A DNA stretch of 64,000 nt, taken from positions 62,620,001 through 62,684,000 of the forward strand of contig OZ024742.1 in assembly GCA_964016885.1 (NCBI GenBank), read 5' to 3'. The notes beneath the pieces are model-generated. The model made no database searches. It saw only the letters and a list, made by a program, of their open reading frames with translations, and was not told the DNA's origin. Shown in pieces: positions 41,647-59,000 of this stretch. The number at the start of each line of letters is the position of its first letter. The first letter of the stretch is position 1. Position numbers and translations under genes: made by a program. Source of the DNA: Eledone cirrhosa. Taxonomy: Eukaryota.

Positions 41647-43356
41647 TCTCTCTCTCTCTCTCTGTTTATGAACGTACCCGGAAGAACCCCGTATCCCGGG
41701 AACTCGTGCTCCGATTTACGCGAAACTTGTTTTATTCCATTTGTATTTCCATTTCAAGGTCAACTTCCTTTCACAGTATTTCCCATTATGCGCCCTTTTG
41801 ACTGTATTACATTACAGACAAGCAAGCAAGCAATCACAGACTTTTAGTATTATATAGATAGATAGATGAATCAGAAAGCTGTATATAATACTTTATAGGT
41901 GCTGGATATACGGGGTCGTTAGAGCGTCGAACAAATGTTTAACTGTAGATGTACCTTCTCATTACTTTCTCAGTTCAAATCCCAATGGATTTAAATTTGC
42001 TTTTCATTCTTCCAGTTAAGGAATCAATTGTGTTATGTATTTCTTATATAAATTTCAGGTGTGGGACAAAAGGTTTTATCAACCACCTAGGAAGTCCTAT
42101 CGATATAGTCAACTTTGGAGGATCTTGTCGTAGAGTATCGGTTCTCAATCTGAGGCTCCGTGAGCTAAGTTCAAAGTTTCAATAAATTTATTAAAACCAT
42201 AACATAGTAACACTCAAAGGTATAGATTCATCTCTAAATATAAACAATTTTCTCATTTGGTTATTATTATCTGTGTATAACAATCAACGACGAAAGTAAT
42301 TAAAGTCACTTAAGTAAAGGGAGTGTTTAGGATAGAAGATATTGGGAATCAATAAGATAAATATCGGCCTCAGAAGTTACATGGCCCTGTGGTTAGGGTG
42401 TTGGACTCACCGTTATGTGATCGTGGTTCCTGCACCGAGAGGCGAGTTGAATTTTGGGGCGTAATATTGCATTATATATTATTCCTTCTGCCAGAAGCAG
42501 CAACAGGCTGATAGTATCAGCAATTGAATGATTAATGGAAGTATTGTTTACTTGATCTGATTTAGGGATCGAAACCATTCCTTTGGGGGACAGTGAAAGG
42601 GTTTGGTACCACCGGTACTAATAATGGTGTGAAGTGGTTTCCTGTGAAGATTTAATGGACTGTTTGCTAAACACATTGTATTTGCTAAAATGTCTAAGTT
42701 TCTGGATTATTTGACATTGGTGCTGTGCGTCGTTTAGGTTGATATTATATAAATTATTAATTAAATGGTTCCAAGTAAATCCCGTTTTTTTAGCGTGTGT
42801 GTGTGTGTGTGTGTGTGCGGGGGGGGGGGGGGTATATTTCATCCCAGTCGAAACATTCCCAAATATGGAGATTACTCTTGCTAAACTCAACAGGAAATAT
42901 TAATGGTTTACGAAATTATGTTCAACACAGTTTCTATTTAGACAAAGACTGAATCTATCAAAAGAATAAAATAATATTATTATGGCTGATATTTTATAGA
43001 ATGTTTTAAATACGAAATTGTTTTATCAACACCAAATAATTTAAAACAATAATAGAGAAATGTATTTAATGATATTTATTGAAACTGTAGCCAAGATATA
43101 ATAGGTACCACTGAGATAGGGGTTATATAATAACAATATTCTCTAAAGTATTTTAATTAATAGTTACACACAGAATTATTTAATTATTTTAATTAATAGT
43201 TACACACAGAAAATAAATATATATGTGGTGTTGGAGTTGTACCAGTTTCCTCTAATATAATATAATGTAAATGAAAGTCATGTAGATCTATGAGGTCATT
43301 TATCTCGTTCTCTATAGTCTTCTACTTTAAATACTGTGGTATAATCTTGTCAACTT

Positions 43357-43406
43357 TTATGTCAACTTTACATAAATTGACAAAGAATCAGCTCTTGAAT
43401 AAGATT
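43357..43406 (-). CDS. Terminal coding exon, paralogue A
   Basis: ttttacag|AATCTTATTCAAGAGCTGAT..ACA TAA; phase 1 gives ESYSRADSLSIYVKLT*; AATAAA downstream at 43075-43080. Confidence 0.75.
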
Positions 43407-43515
43407 CTGTAAAATTAAAGAAAAATAGTTTTATTATAAATCAATTGATTGGAAGAATGTTTAGAAAAGTAAACAAAATATCAGGTGATAATTAACTGTA
43501 TTTAAAGACATCAGG

Positions 43516-44330
43516 TTCTTCTTCTTCTTCTTCTTCTTCTTCTTCTTCTTCTTCTTCTTCTTCTTCTTCTTCTTCTTCTTCTTCTTCTTCTTCTTCTTCT
43601 TCTTCTTCTCTGTCCATTTATTCTTAGGAAGGTCGTGAGGGGAGAGTCCTGAAGTACGCCTTCCAGCGGGTCCTCTCGGTTGCAGCCGTCTCCAACTGAT
43701 CTAACAGAATTCCCAAATGAGGCCAGCCAAACTTGTGGGTATTACTGAACTTTCTTTCTCGGTGTCTATCCCTGGGTATCCTCCAGGCTGTTTTTGCCCG
43801 GAAAACCTGTCCAGCAATTTTTTTCTGAAACATTCTAATGCCATATCCATAATATCGGAGCTGTGGTGTCTTAAGTCAGAGAAGTAGCGGTTCTATTCAA
43901 TAACATTACTCCAAAGACCCTTCGTAGGAATCCTATTTCAGCCACTTGTATTCGCGATCGTATTCTTTCGGTCATTACCCAAGATTCATGACCCTAGGTA
44001 AGGGTCAGCATGAATATCAAATTGAAGATAGCGAGTTTGGCTTTTAAACCTTTCTGATGACCGAATGCTGAAGTTAGCGCATTACTGCATCATCTTCTAC
44101 AATTCTTGCATTTAATTCAGCCTGATGCAGTCCATTATTCGTTAACATAGCCCCGAGATACTTGAATTACTCCAACTGCTTCAAATCCACTCACATGTAA
44201 AGAGCACTGTGCAGGCTTCCTTGAGAGGATGAGTGTTCCAGTCTTCACAACACTGATTTCGATACCTGTCTAGCAGCACTTGACAGCAAACCTATCATGT
44301 GTATATCGGAGATCAATTTCTGACGAAAGG
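43516..44330 (-). mobile_element. 3' part of an RTE-type LINE with (GAA)n tail
   Basis: Decayed KYLG, RIQVAEIGFLR, QLRYYGYG; (TTC)n at about 43516-43608. Confidence 0.7.
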
Positions 44331-44499
44331 AATAATACCATGTCGTCTGCAAATTCGATTTGTGAGAACACATTTACATTCTAATATTAGTAGGCAAGTT
44401 TCTTCTAGTTCTGCATGTTGCCAATCCTTGTGGTACATTATCATCTCTGTCATGAGATTCAGAACACCCACCTGTAATTCAAATTCATCACTATACTCA

Positions 44500-44830
44500 T
44501 TGCCAACTATCTGCTTGCTGATATGGCCCGCAAAATCCATTCATCTACACCTATCTTCATTAATGCCCAGCAGATTATAGAGTAGAAGAACCTGTCAAAG
44601 GCTTTCTCTAGTGCAATCAATGCTGGGTACAGAGGCGTACCCTTCGCTACATAATTCTTCTGCAGCAGTCTCACAAGAAAGAGGGTGCCTGTACTATCCT
44701 TATCTGGCATAAAGCTAAACTATGTTTAATATAGCTTGATTCTGTCCTTAATTAACTTAATACCTTTGTAGTTACACTTGTCTAGTACATCTACTTTACC
44801 CTTGTGGGAGGTTACAATGCTACTATACCC
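44500..44830 (-). pseudogene. RTE RT fragment
   Basis: KGKVD..FMPDKDSTGTLFLVRLLQ..LEKAFDR..IICWAL.K.GVDEW. Confidence 0.7.
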
Positions 44831-44918
44831 CAACCATTGAAAAGCTAAAAATCTAAAGATATGTTGTATAGTATAATCTTGTATTGGCTTAAAATAAATT
44901 ACAGGGATAAATGCTTAC

Positions 44919-45076
44919 CTTGTGTCAAATTTATTTTAGTCCTTTTATGTGAGTATAGGATTTCTGGCCATTCAAGAAGGTCTTTCGTGCAATTACTGTC
45001 AGCATTAAATACTATCATCCATCCAACAGAATTACTACATCCGTTTATTTTATATATATATATTAGGATTGGTGCT
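44919..45076 (-). CDS. Penultimate coding exon, paralogue A
   Basis: tatttcag|A GCA CCA..CAA G|gtaagc; 158 nt, phase 2 to 1; APILIYIYKINGCSNSVGWMIVFNADSNCTKDLLEWPEILYSHKRTKINLTQ; phase fits the end of 28920-29077. Confidence 0.8.
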
Positions 45077-45134
45077 CTGAAATAGCAATGTATACATGAA
45101 TGTATGTATAGTATATTGGGCAATATCCTGTAAT

Positions 45135-45290
45135 GTTTAATTTAAAACATTTAGAAGCCCGTACGCTATCAGTTTTAAAGTAGTGACTATGTTACTTACT
45201 TCTTTTCGGCGAAAGAAGGGAGAGAAGCTGACAGTCTGTTTCACGCTAAAACTGATAGCGTATGGTTTTCGAAATGTTTTTAATTAAACA
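45135..45290. repeat. Short fold-back element with about 44-bp arms
   Basis: 45135-45178 is an imperfect reverse complement of 45247-45290. Confidence 0.7.
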
Positions 45291-45479
45291 CTGTTATTTA
45301 TTCCTTATAAAAACTAAATGATAGCATTCTATATGTAGCTGGGCCCTCTTCATCTCCTGGCAAAGAATATTTTTAGACCCAGTCCACCACTGTACATACA
45401 TATACTCATATGTATATGTATATATATATGATTTCTCCCAAATGAAACAGTTCTAGTCCTGATATATATATATATATAT

Positions 45480-50645
<5,166 letters not shown>

Positions 50646-50719
50646 ATATAGATATATATATATATATATATAATATAGAAATGGCTTCTACAGGACTAGA
50701 ACTGTTTCATTCGTGAGAA

Positions 50720-50772
<53 letters not shown>

Positions 50773-50774
<2 letters not shown>

Positions 50775-53662
50775 ATAACAGATTAAAGTTTAAGCAAAGA
50801 ATCGCTGCTTTCACCCTTAACGGGATCTTCTGAAACTAAAATATCAATCTGTGAACGCACCAGTAAATATTTCTAAAAACGTTGCAACCGAAAGAAGGCA
50901 GGAAGACGATACTTTGGTTCGTGGAAACATTCCCCGGCAACGAACGAAAAAAAAACGAAGATAATACGTCATTATTTGGATCGATGAAAACAATTACACG
51001 CAAAGACAAAACTACGTTCATGGTATAAATGAAGTCGTAGACTAATATTCTATTAGGTGGTTCGTGGGGACGTTCCCTGGCAATGAACGGAAAAAACGAA
51101 GATAATACGTCATTATGTGTAACGATGAGAACAATTACACGCAGACAAAACCACGTTTACGGTATAACTGAAGTCGTAGACTAAAATTCTAACTCGGAAA
51201 CCGAATGATTCTCGGCTTCAGAGTTAAGAATAATGTAAATAAATTACAGAGGTTATTGAAATCAACAATAATTAAATATATAGAAGCACGCATCCATATA
51301 CTTACATACACATGCATACGCGAAAACACCCGCCATAGGTATGCAAATACAGGCACGTACACAAAAACACGCGCACACATACAAAAACCCACGCAACGCT
51401 TGTACCCGCAGTTATACGAACGTATACACCAAATACACATAAAACATATATAAAAAATATATATACATGTGTATGTGTGTGTGCTCGTATACATATAATT
51501 ATATAAACATATATAAATATACACACATAAATACGCATATAACGCGCGCACACACACACCTACATGTAAATACACATATGTTCGCTAAACGTACGTCAAC
51601 CAAAACACAAAGTACACATAACCTACTTACGTGCAAACCCTACATACGTGCAAACCTGCATACACTCACATATACACATAAAACTCACGTATACACATAA
51701 CCATATACACATGTACCAGTATATATAATATAATATATACGCCTATAACAAATACAAGCAAATATACGTACGAGAAAGTATACGTACCTTCACAAAACAT
51801 ACAGGTAATAAATACTTACCTATACAAATAAATAATGGTATTAACATAAAATATACTTAGCTACCACATCAAGACGTAAATTATCCGCGTATTGTTCGTA
51901 CTATGCGTTAGGGTATAACGTGGGGCTGTAATACAGGAAAGTTTTGTACAATTTATGTTTACAAGCCGAAATTGCCTCAGAATTTTTGTTTAAGATGTGG
52001 TCATTGGCGTAGAGTATTTCCAGGGCTTCAGCGGCGCAGAGGCCACATGGTCTTTTATTTCCGTTATACGATCTAGCCCCAGCTAGGATCTCCCAGTGTA
52101 CCCTATATTGGGTGTGGTTGTCTTTTAGACTCCAGATATAAGCTGAGAGTGACGTCATATTCCTTCTTAAAGGGTTAAGAAAAGAATGGGTATGCATGTA
52201 AAGACGCTCCTTGAATCTATTGGCGGTTAACCCTATATGGGTGTCTCAACCTTACATTTGTAGACAATGTTACTAGAGAGGCATTTCCCGGATAGGGGAC
52301 AGTCAACCCGATTCCTACAATTACAGTTAGTACTAGCTAATGGGTTGCACGTGTTCCTACGACTAGGTAATTTAGCTAAATTTGAAGCAGTGATGTTATG
52401 TGCAACGTTAGGAGTCGTAGAGTAAGAAATGTTAATGGTATTTCTATTAAAAATGTTATTATATTTATGTGCTGGGGGGAAATGTTTCATAATAAGGGAG
52501 AGAAAGGTCTTAGCTAATGGTGTGGCCACTTCCATATTATATGGTGAGTTATACCATATAATGCGTCGGGATCTATTTTTCCTAGGTCTATACTCGGTAT
52601 ATGCTACCTTATCGACAAATCCACTCCGAGCAAGAGCTTCATTGTAATATGTGGAATGGTCGGTGAAAATATGCTCGTTTGTAGATAGACTGGAAAGCCT
52701 CAAAGAAACGTTTCTTACCAGGTTCTTGGTTATGCTGGCAGGATGGTTAGAATGCTTTCTTATGTAATTAAGCGTATCATTCGGCTTTCTATACGGCATA
52801 TTGAGGATAACATCGAGGTAATTAACGACCGAGAGTTTGGCCTCAACCTGTATGGAGAGGTTGAAGCCTTTAAAGAAGACTGTGAGTACTTTTCTGAACC
52901 TGTTGCAAGCGCGTGGGCCGCACTTTGTCATGGTCAAAATACCGTCATCACGATACAAACCACCGCCTACGTTGGAGAATTCTTCCTTGATAGAGAAAAG
53001 AAGTAAAAGGTTGATAAGATCAGTAACCTCCGCAGAATCGCTGGCGCCCATACTCATATGAAATGGGGTACTATTAGATTTTTTAATCCAAATAGAGTCG
53101 TCGAAATTAATCACCGACTAACGGGCATTGAGGATGAGATCAACTTCGAAATCCTTACCGACCGTGAGCGTTTTAACGAAATTGATAGCTCTAAGAAGAA
53201 GTGTTAAAGTGATAGAGGAGTAGTAATTATTGATGTCGAATTGGATAAAACGGCAATGTTCCTTGTTGCATATGCCGTTGAACCAATCAATGACCGCGAA
53301 AACATTGTTCCACAGTGCAAGAAGGGCCAAGCTTCTAATTTCAGGTATAATTCTATCTAAAATCCTTTTACTAAGTCTACCTAAATCGGACTTCGTACGG
53401 TTAATAAGCCGAATAGAGGAGTTGTTCGGGAAATTGGATTTGTGATCCTTCAGCGTAAAGTGGGGAGAAATAGGGTCCAGAGGTTCTGTCCGGTCCATGA
53501 TGTTGAGATCAGAGGTGATTTTAAACCCGGAATCGTTGATGTCATTAATGACACTCCAATTAGTTTTACGGTAATCCTTAGTTACAGCATTATGTAGCAG
53601 TTGATGGTAAGTAGTGCGCTCCACTTGATATAGATTGCCAGTTTTGTCGGAGTGGACATGCA
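50773..53662 (-). mobile_element. PLE, 5'-truncated, same family as 13741-16960
   Basis: DKTGNLY, FIQFDINNYYSSI, GLYRDDGI, CNCRNRVDCPLSGKCL, CGLCAAE; same 3' terminus next to (TA)n. Confidence 0.9.
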
Positions 53663-56055
53663 CGGGAAGCGACGGCAAACTGCACGAGGGGTAAATCGCC
53701 AGGTTTGGATGCTCTACCCTACGAGCTTTAAGCATTTATGCCAGACTTATTCAGTGACCTCTTGGCAGACGTCTACTGCAACTGGCAGCAGAACGGGAGC
53801 ATTCCCAGTTTTGTGAGCCCGGGAGCGGTGGCGCTGCTGAGAAAAGACCCGGACAAGGGGGATGATATCGATAACTTCAGGCCCATAACCCTGATAAACG
53901 CAGAGTTCAAGATTTTGGCCGAGGTTAGCAACGAGGTTGGCGCTTGTCGTCGAGGGTCTGGTGGGGGAGGCGCAGACATGCGCCATTCCGGACAGATCCA
54001 TACACGACAACCTCCACCTCATGCGATACATCGTAGAGAGGGTGGTTAAGAAACCTGGCATGGGTGGGGCCCTGATCAAATTGGATCAATCCAAAGCATT
54101 CGATAGGGTCAACCATCGGTACCTGGCGGCGGTCCTCGAGGCAGCTAGTTTCGGGCCCGTTTTCAGGGGTGGATCGCTGCGATGTACAGCGACATCTGCT
54201 CAGTTGTGAGGGTGAATGGTCACCTGTCGCAGCCGTTCAGCATCATGCGCTCGGTCCGCCAGGGTTGTCCCCTCTCGTCCCTCTTATACGTATTGGCTCT
54301 CGAGCCGTTACTGCACAAACTGGGGGCGATGAGGGGTTTCCCACGCGAAAACTAGGATGCGGAAAATCCTAGTCGGCTTACGCTGACGACATCACCGTGG
54401 TGGTGTTGAGCACCAGACACGTCCAGATAATCGGCACCGCTCTCAAGGAATACGAAGCGGTGACAGGAGCAAAGATAAAGCAGGAAAAGTCGGTGGGCTT
54501 GCAGCTAGGCACCTGGAGAGACAAGTCCATGCGCTCTGACAGCGTCGTGGGGCGTTGGACGGAAGGACCGGTTAAATTGCTCGGGGTCTGGTTCGGACCG
54601 GACCTCCAGATCGAGAAAAACTGAAGCGAGATGACGAGCACGGGAGCCTCCCTCACCCAGAAATGGGCCGAGAGGAAGCTGTCCCTGAAAGGCCGGGCGG
54701 AGGTGGTGAATGCGTACATCGCATCCGTCATCTGCTACCGATTCACCGTCGTCCCTTGCCCCGGCCCAACTCTCACCAAAATGGAGCGCCTCCTCTTCCG
54801 CTTTTTGTGGAAGGGACGCGCTCCTATGGTCAGACGATCCATCTGCTGTCAACACCCGTTGTGTGGAGGACTGGGCATGACATGGCTGATGATGCGCAAA
54901 CATGAGTTGAGGCTGCGACATCTCTAGTGATTCCTTGGCGGTGAACAGGTGTGGTCGCCGTTCGCCAGGCACGTTTTCCCACAGCTCGTCTCCTTGACGG
55001 AACTGCAGTCCTTGGTCAGGAAAAGACCGAGGGATAGCGCTTGGAAACTGGAATGTCTCCAGACGCTCACTGCTCTCTGCCAGCTGGGCACCAGTATCAG
55101 TGGAACAGCCTCCTGGGCGTTCTATAGAGGACTAGTGGGGGGAAGAGCGACGACGTTCTCGGAGAGATCCTGGGCGTCGAAGAAAATCAGCTGTTTGCTC
55201 TCTTCCGGAGAACTTTCAGCCCAGGGTCTATGAATAACTTCCAGAAATCCCTGGCCTGGCAGTGCTACCGGGGAGCGTTGCTGGTTCGAGATAAGCTCTA
55301 CAGGCACGGAAGTGCCGTCAGCGGAGCCTGTCCGAGATGCGCGCAGAGCGACGAAATCGTCGTGCACGCACTCGTTCAGTGCCCGGGCATTGCTGACTTG
55401 TGGAGCTATGTCGAACAGTTGCTGTCGCGTGTAGGACCGATCCGGTTATCGACTGAGTCCATTGTGCAGATAGTTTCGCCGTCTTCCTTCGAGGAGGAAG
55501 GGCAGGCGGTTTTCATCTCCCTGGTGGCCATTGCGAAAGATATTGTGTGGTGGACAAGGTTGAAAGGGTTAAAGACAGACACTTTCCTCTTCGGCGAATC
55601 CCTGATTAACTTTTTCAAGTTTCACTTGAAGAGGAAAATCAGGGTGGAGATGCAAGTGCTGCCCATAGCAAGTTTGTTGAAAGGTGGGTGAATGTAGCGA
55701 GAATGGTCCGAGTGAACGGGACCGCTCTAAATATACGCTTGTAGTTTGAGGAATGGAAAAATTGAGAGAGGCCGCTTGCCCTGGTGGTCAGGGTGGACGT
55801 GGTCTTTTGTGTGATTTTTGCCATGAGTAACCCTCGGAGGTTTTCCCACTATTGGGGAATTTTTCATTGTTTGAATTTTCATTTTTATTGTTTATATATA
55901 TATATATGTTTCTATGTCTTTTTTTTCTTTTTCGTTTCTTATATAAATAATAAAAAATCTTTACGCGCACAAATTCCATATCGTACCGTCATGTACCGTC
56001 CTGTGCCGACTGTAATGTTTTTCTAGATGTCAGCCCTTGTGGCCAATAAAGAAAT
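53663..56055 (+). mobile_element. Tx1/L1-clade LINE ORF2, 5'-truncated and disrupted
   Basis: GKSPGLDALPYE, NFRPITL, LDQSKAFDRV, SVRQGCPLS, AYADDIT, W..RKLSLKGR, CPRC-x8-H-x4-C; AATAAA at 56045-56050 then (ATT)n. Confidence 0.9.
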
Positions 56056-56059
56056 CATT

Positions 56060-59000
56060 ATTATTATTATTGTTATTGTTATTCCTTGAATCTCAGTCAT
56101 TGATGTTGGTTAACTGGAAAGTCCGTTGGATTGAATATCAAGCCACTACCTGCAGCCTCAGATATTCAGGACGTATCGGAGGGTTCTTGCTGTTCCAAGC
56201 AAGCATGCCTTTTGAAGCGTTCCAAAAAGCGTGAAGGGGCCGATTTTCTTTAACCATCCCTGGAAACCTTTGGAGATAGTCCCCAGTGCGCCTATGACAA
56301 TCGGGATCACTTTGACTTCATGGCAGTTCCAAATCCTTTTCACCTCCCACTTTAGGTCCTGGTATCGGTTAATTTTCTCCCTCTCCTTCTCTTGCACTCT
56401 CGTGTCGAACGGGCAGGCCACATCCACAATCAGGCACGATCTTTTTTCTTTGTCCACAACCACCAGGTCAGGTCTATTGTGTTCCAGTTTTTTGTCCGTC
56501 TGTATCCTAAAATCCCACAGCACCTTCACCTGACTGTTCTCCATCACCGCCTCTGGCCTATGCTCATACCATTTCTCAGAATGTGGTAGATTGTTTACTT
56601 TGCACAGGTGCCAGTGGATCACCCTGCCCATCACATCGTGTCTCCAGCCCTTATAGTGGGTCTGGGCTAGGTGTTTACACTCGGACACAATGTGAGCCAC
56701 AGTCTCCTCTCTCTCTCCACAGATCCTGCACAGTGGGCTAGCCTCCTCCTTGTAGATATGGTGCTTCAACCACTTCGTTTTGAGGGCCTGCTCCTGCGCA
56801 GCCATTAGCATTCCTTCTGTAGCCTTTTTGAGGTCTCCTCTTCTCAACCAGTTCCATGTCTGTGGATCTCTAAATTCAGTTTTCTCAAAGAAGGTACTAT
56901 GAAGGGATTTTCCCTTAAGGCTGCTCTTCCTCCTTGATGTTATTTCCTCCTTGGACATCCCCTGGCCTACTGTCCCCTCCTTCAGTACAGTTCTGAGCAT
57001 TGGCTCCTTACTATAGGTCACGTATTTGTATAGGTTGTTTTTCTCCATCTGAACACAGTCCTCTATGCTGATAAGACCTCTTCCACCCTCAGATCTCCTT
57101 AGGTAGAGTCTATCGACATCACTCCTCTTGTGGAACATGTTGTAGATAGTCAATAGCTTCCTAGTCTTCCTATCCATTTCTTTTTGTTCAGCAACATTCC
57201 ATCTCAGAATTCCCGCACTGTACCTAATAATAGACACAGCTCGGGAATTTACTGCGCTTATGGCATTTCTGCTGTTCAGATGTGACTTCAATACGCTCCT
57301 TACTCTCCGAATGTATTCAGTTCTTAACAATTCCTTCATTTTTTTGTTCTTTATGCCATCAGCCTCCAGAACGCCCAAATACTTGTATCCTTCCTCAGAG
57401 TCAATTTCCTTTATCATCTCACCTGTTGGTATCTGGATCCCGTTACTTCTGCTCAACCTACCCCTCTTCATCACAATGACTCCACATTTACCAATACCAA
57501 ACTGCATACATATATCACTGCTGAAAATACGGACAGTGTCAACAAGCACATCCAACTCCTTCTCACTTTTCCCGAAGAGCTTAAGATCGTCCATGAAGAG
57601 GAGGTGATTGATGGTAAGCTCTCCCCTTCCCAACTTGTATCCTGCTCTCACTTTTCGCAGCATAATGGTCAAGGGCATCAGGGCAAGGACAAACAACAGA
57701 GGGGACAGGCTATCTCCCTGGAAGATACCTCTCTTGATCTTCACGCTTCCCAAGGATACTCCAGTTGATGTCAACTCTGTCTCCCAGGACCCCATACTCC
57801 TGCCCAGCAACTGTCTGATGTTATCTGCCACCCTGAAGACCTCCAGGCTTTTGGTGATCCAGGAATGAGGCACCATGTCAAATGCCTTTCTGTAGTCTAT
57901 CCATCCCATGGCAAGATCAGTGTGTCTCCTCCTGCAATTCCCCATTACCATCTTATCAATAAGCAACTGGTCCTTTGTACCACGTGACTTCTTTCGGCAT
58001 CCTTTCTGTTCGTCCGGTAACAAGTTGTTTGTGTGGAGGTGATGGTAGATTTCCTCAGACACAATGCTCGTCAACAGTTTCCACATTACGGGCAGACATG
58101 TGATAGGTCTATAGTTGGTAACATCATTACCCTTGATTCGGTCTTTCATTATCAGAACTGTGGTACCTTTTGTCAACCACTCTGGCACCTCACCCGACAC
58201 CAAGCAGTCATTGAACATGGCCGTCAGCTTCGGGTGGAGGGATGTTAAATGTTTAATCCAATACCCCTGCACACCATCTGGGCCTGGTGATTTCCAGTTG
58301 GTTAGTTTTTTGGCTTGCCCCTTAAGAGTTTCAACTGTGATACTCAAATCAGTCTGTTGTTGTGCCTTCTCACCGATCTCCCTCTGTACTGTCTCAATCC
58401 ACCCTGCCTGGGCATTGTGTCTAACATCCTGCTCCCATATTCCTCTCCAGAATGTTTTAGCTTGTTCCGCCCCAGGGATCAAGTGGTTGCCTCTTTCTTT
58501 CCCCTCAAGCTGTCCAAACAGCATCTTCTGGTTGTTGTCGAACATGCGGTTCTGTTTATACTGACTGACTCTGTTCTCGTATCGCCTGATTTTGGCACTC
58601 TTTGCTACAATGCGTTGCTTCAATTCCTCTATGATAATATTTAGCTTTTTACTCCTAGTTTTGTATTTTATTTCCAGTCTATTTTTAGTGCCTATGTTTT
58701 TTAGTGTCCCATTCAGTAGTGACTCAAGCTTTCCTATGTCATTTCTCATTTCCCCGATTTGCCCACTCAGTCGCTTCTTCCACCACGGCTCTGCTCTTTC
58801 TTGTCTGTTGTTTCCTCTCGCTTTTATACCAAGTAGTTTCCTCACCGTATTTGCTGTTGCTTTGAGGATATTGTTGCACTGGTGAAGACTCCTCGCCTCA
58901 AGGTATGGGATGACTTTGTTTACCTTAGCTGTTGTTTCTTTTAACTTTTTCCTGTCTACAAATCTTAGGTTCATAGGTCTCCCACTATCATTGTTCAATT

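Noticed and set aside
42380-42440. tRNA gene
   Set aside because: A-box-like head only and no cloverleaf; probably a tRNA-derived SINE remnant
53663-53735. N-terminus of the 205-aa minus-strand ORF (MLKARRVEHP..)
   Set aside because: It is antisense Tx1 sequence fused by chance to the truncated PLE frame
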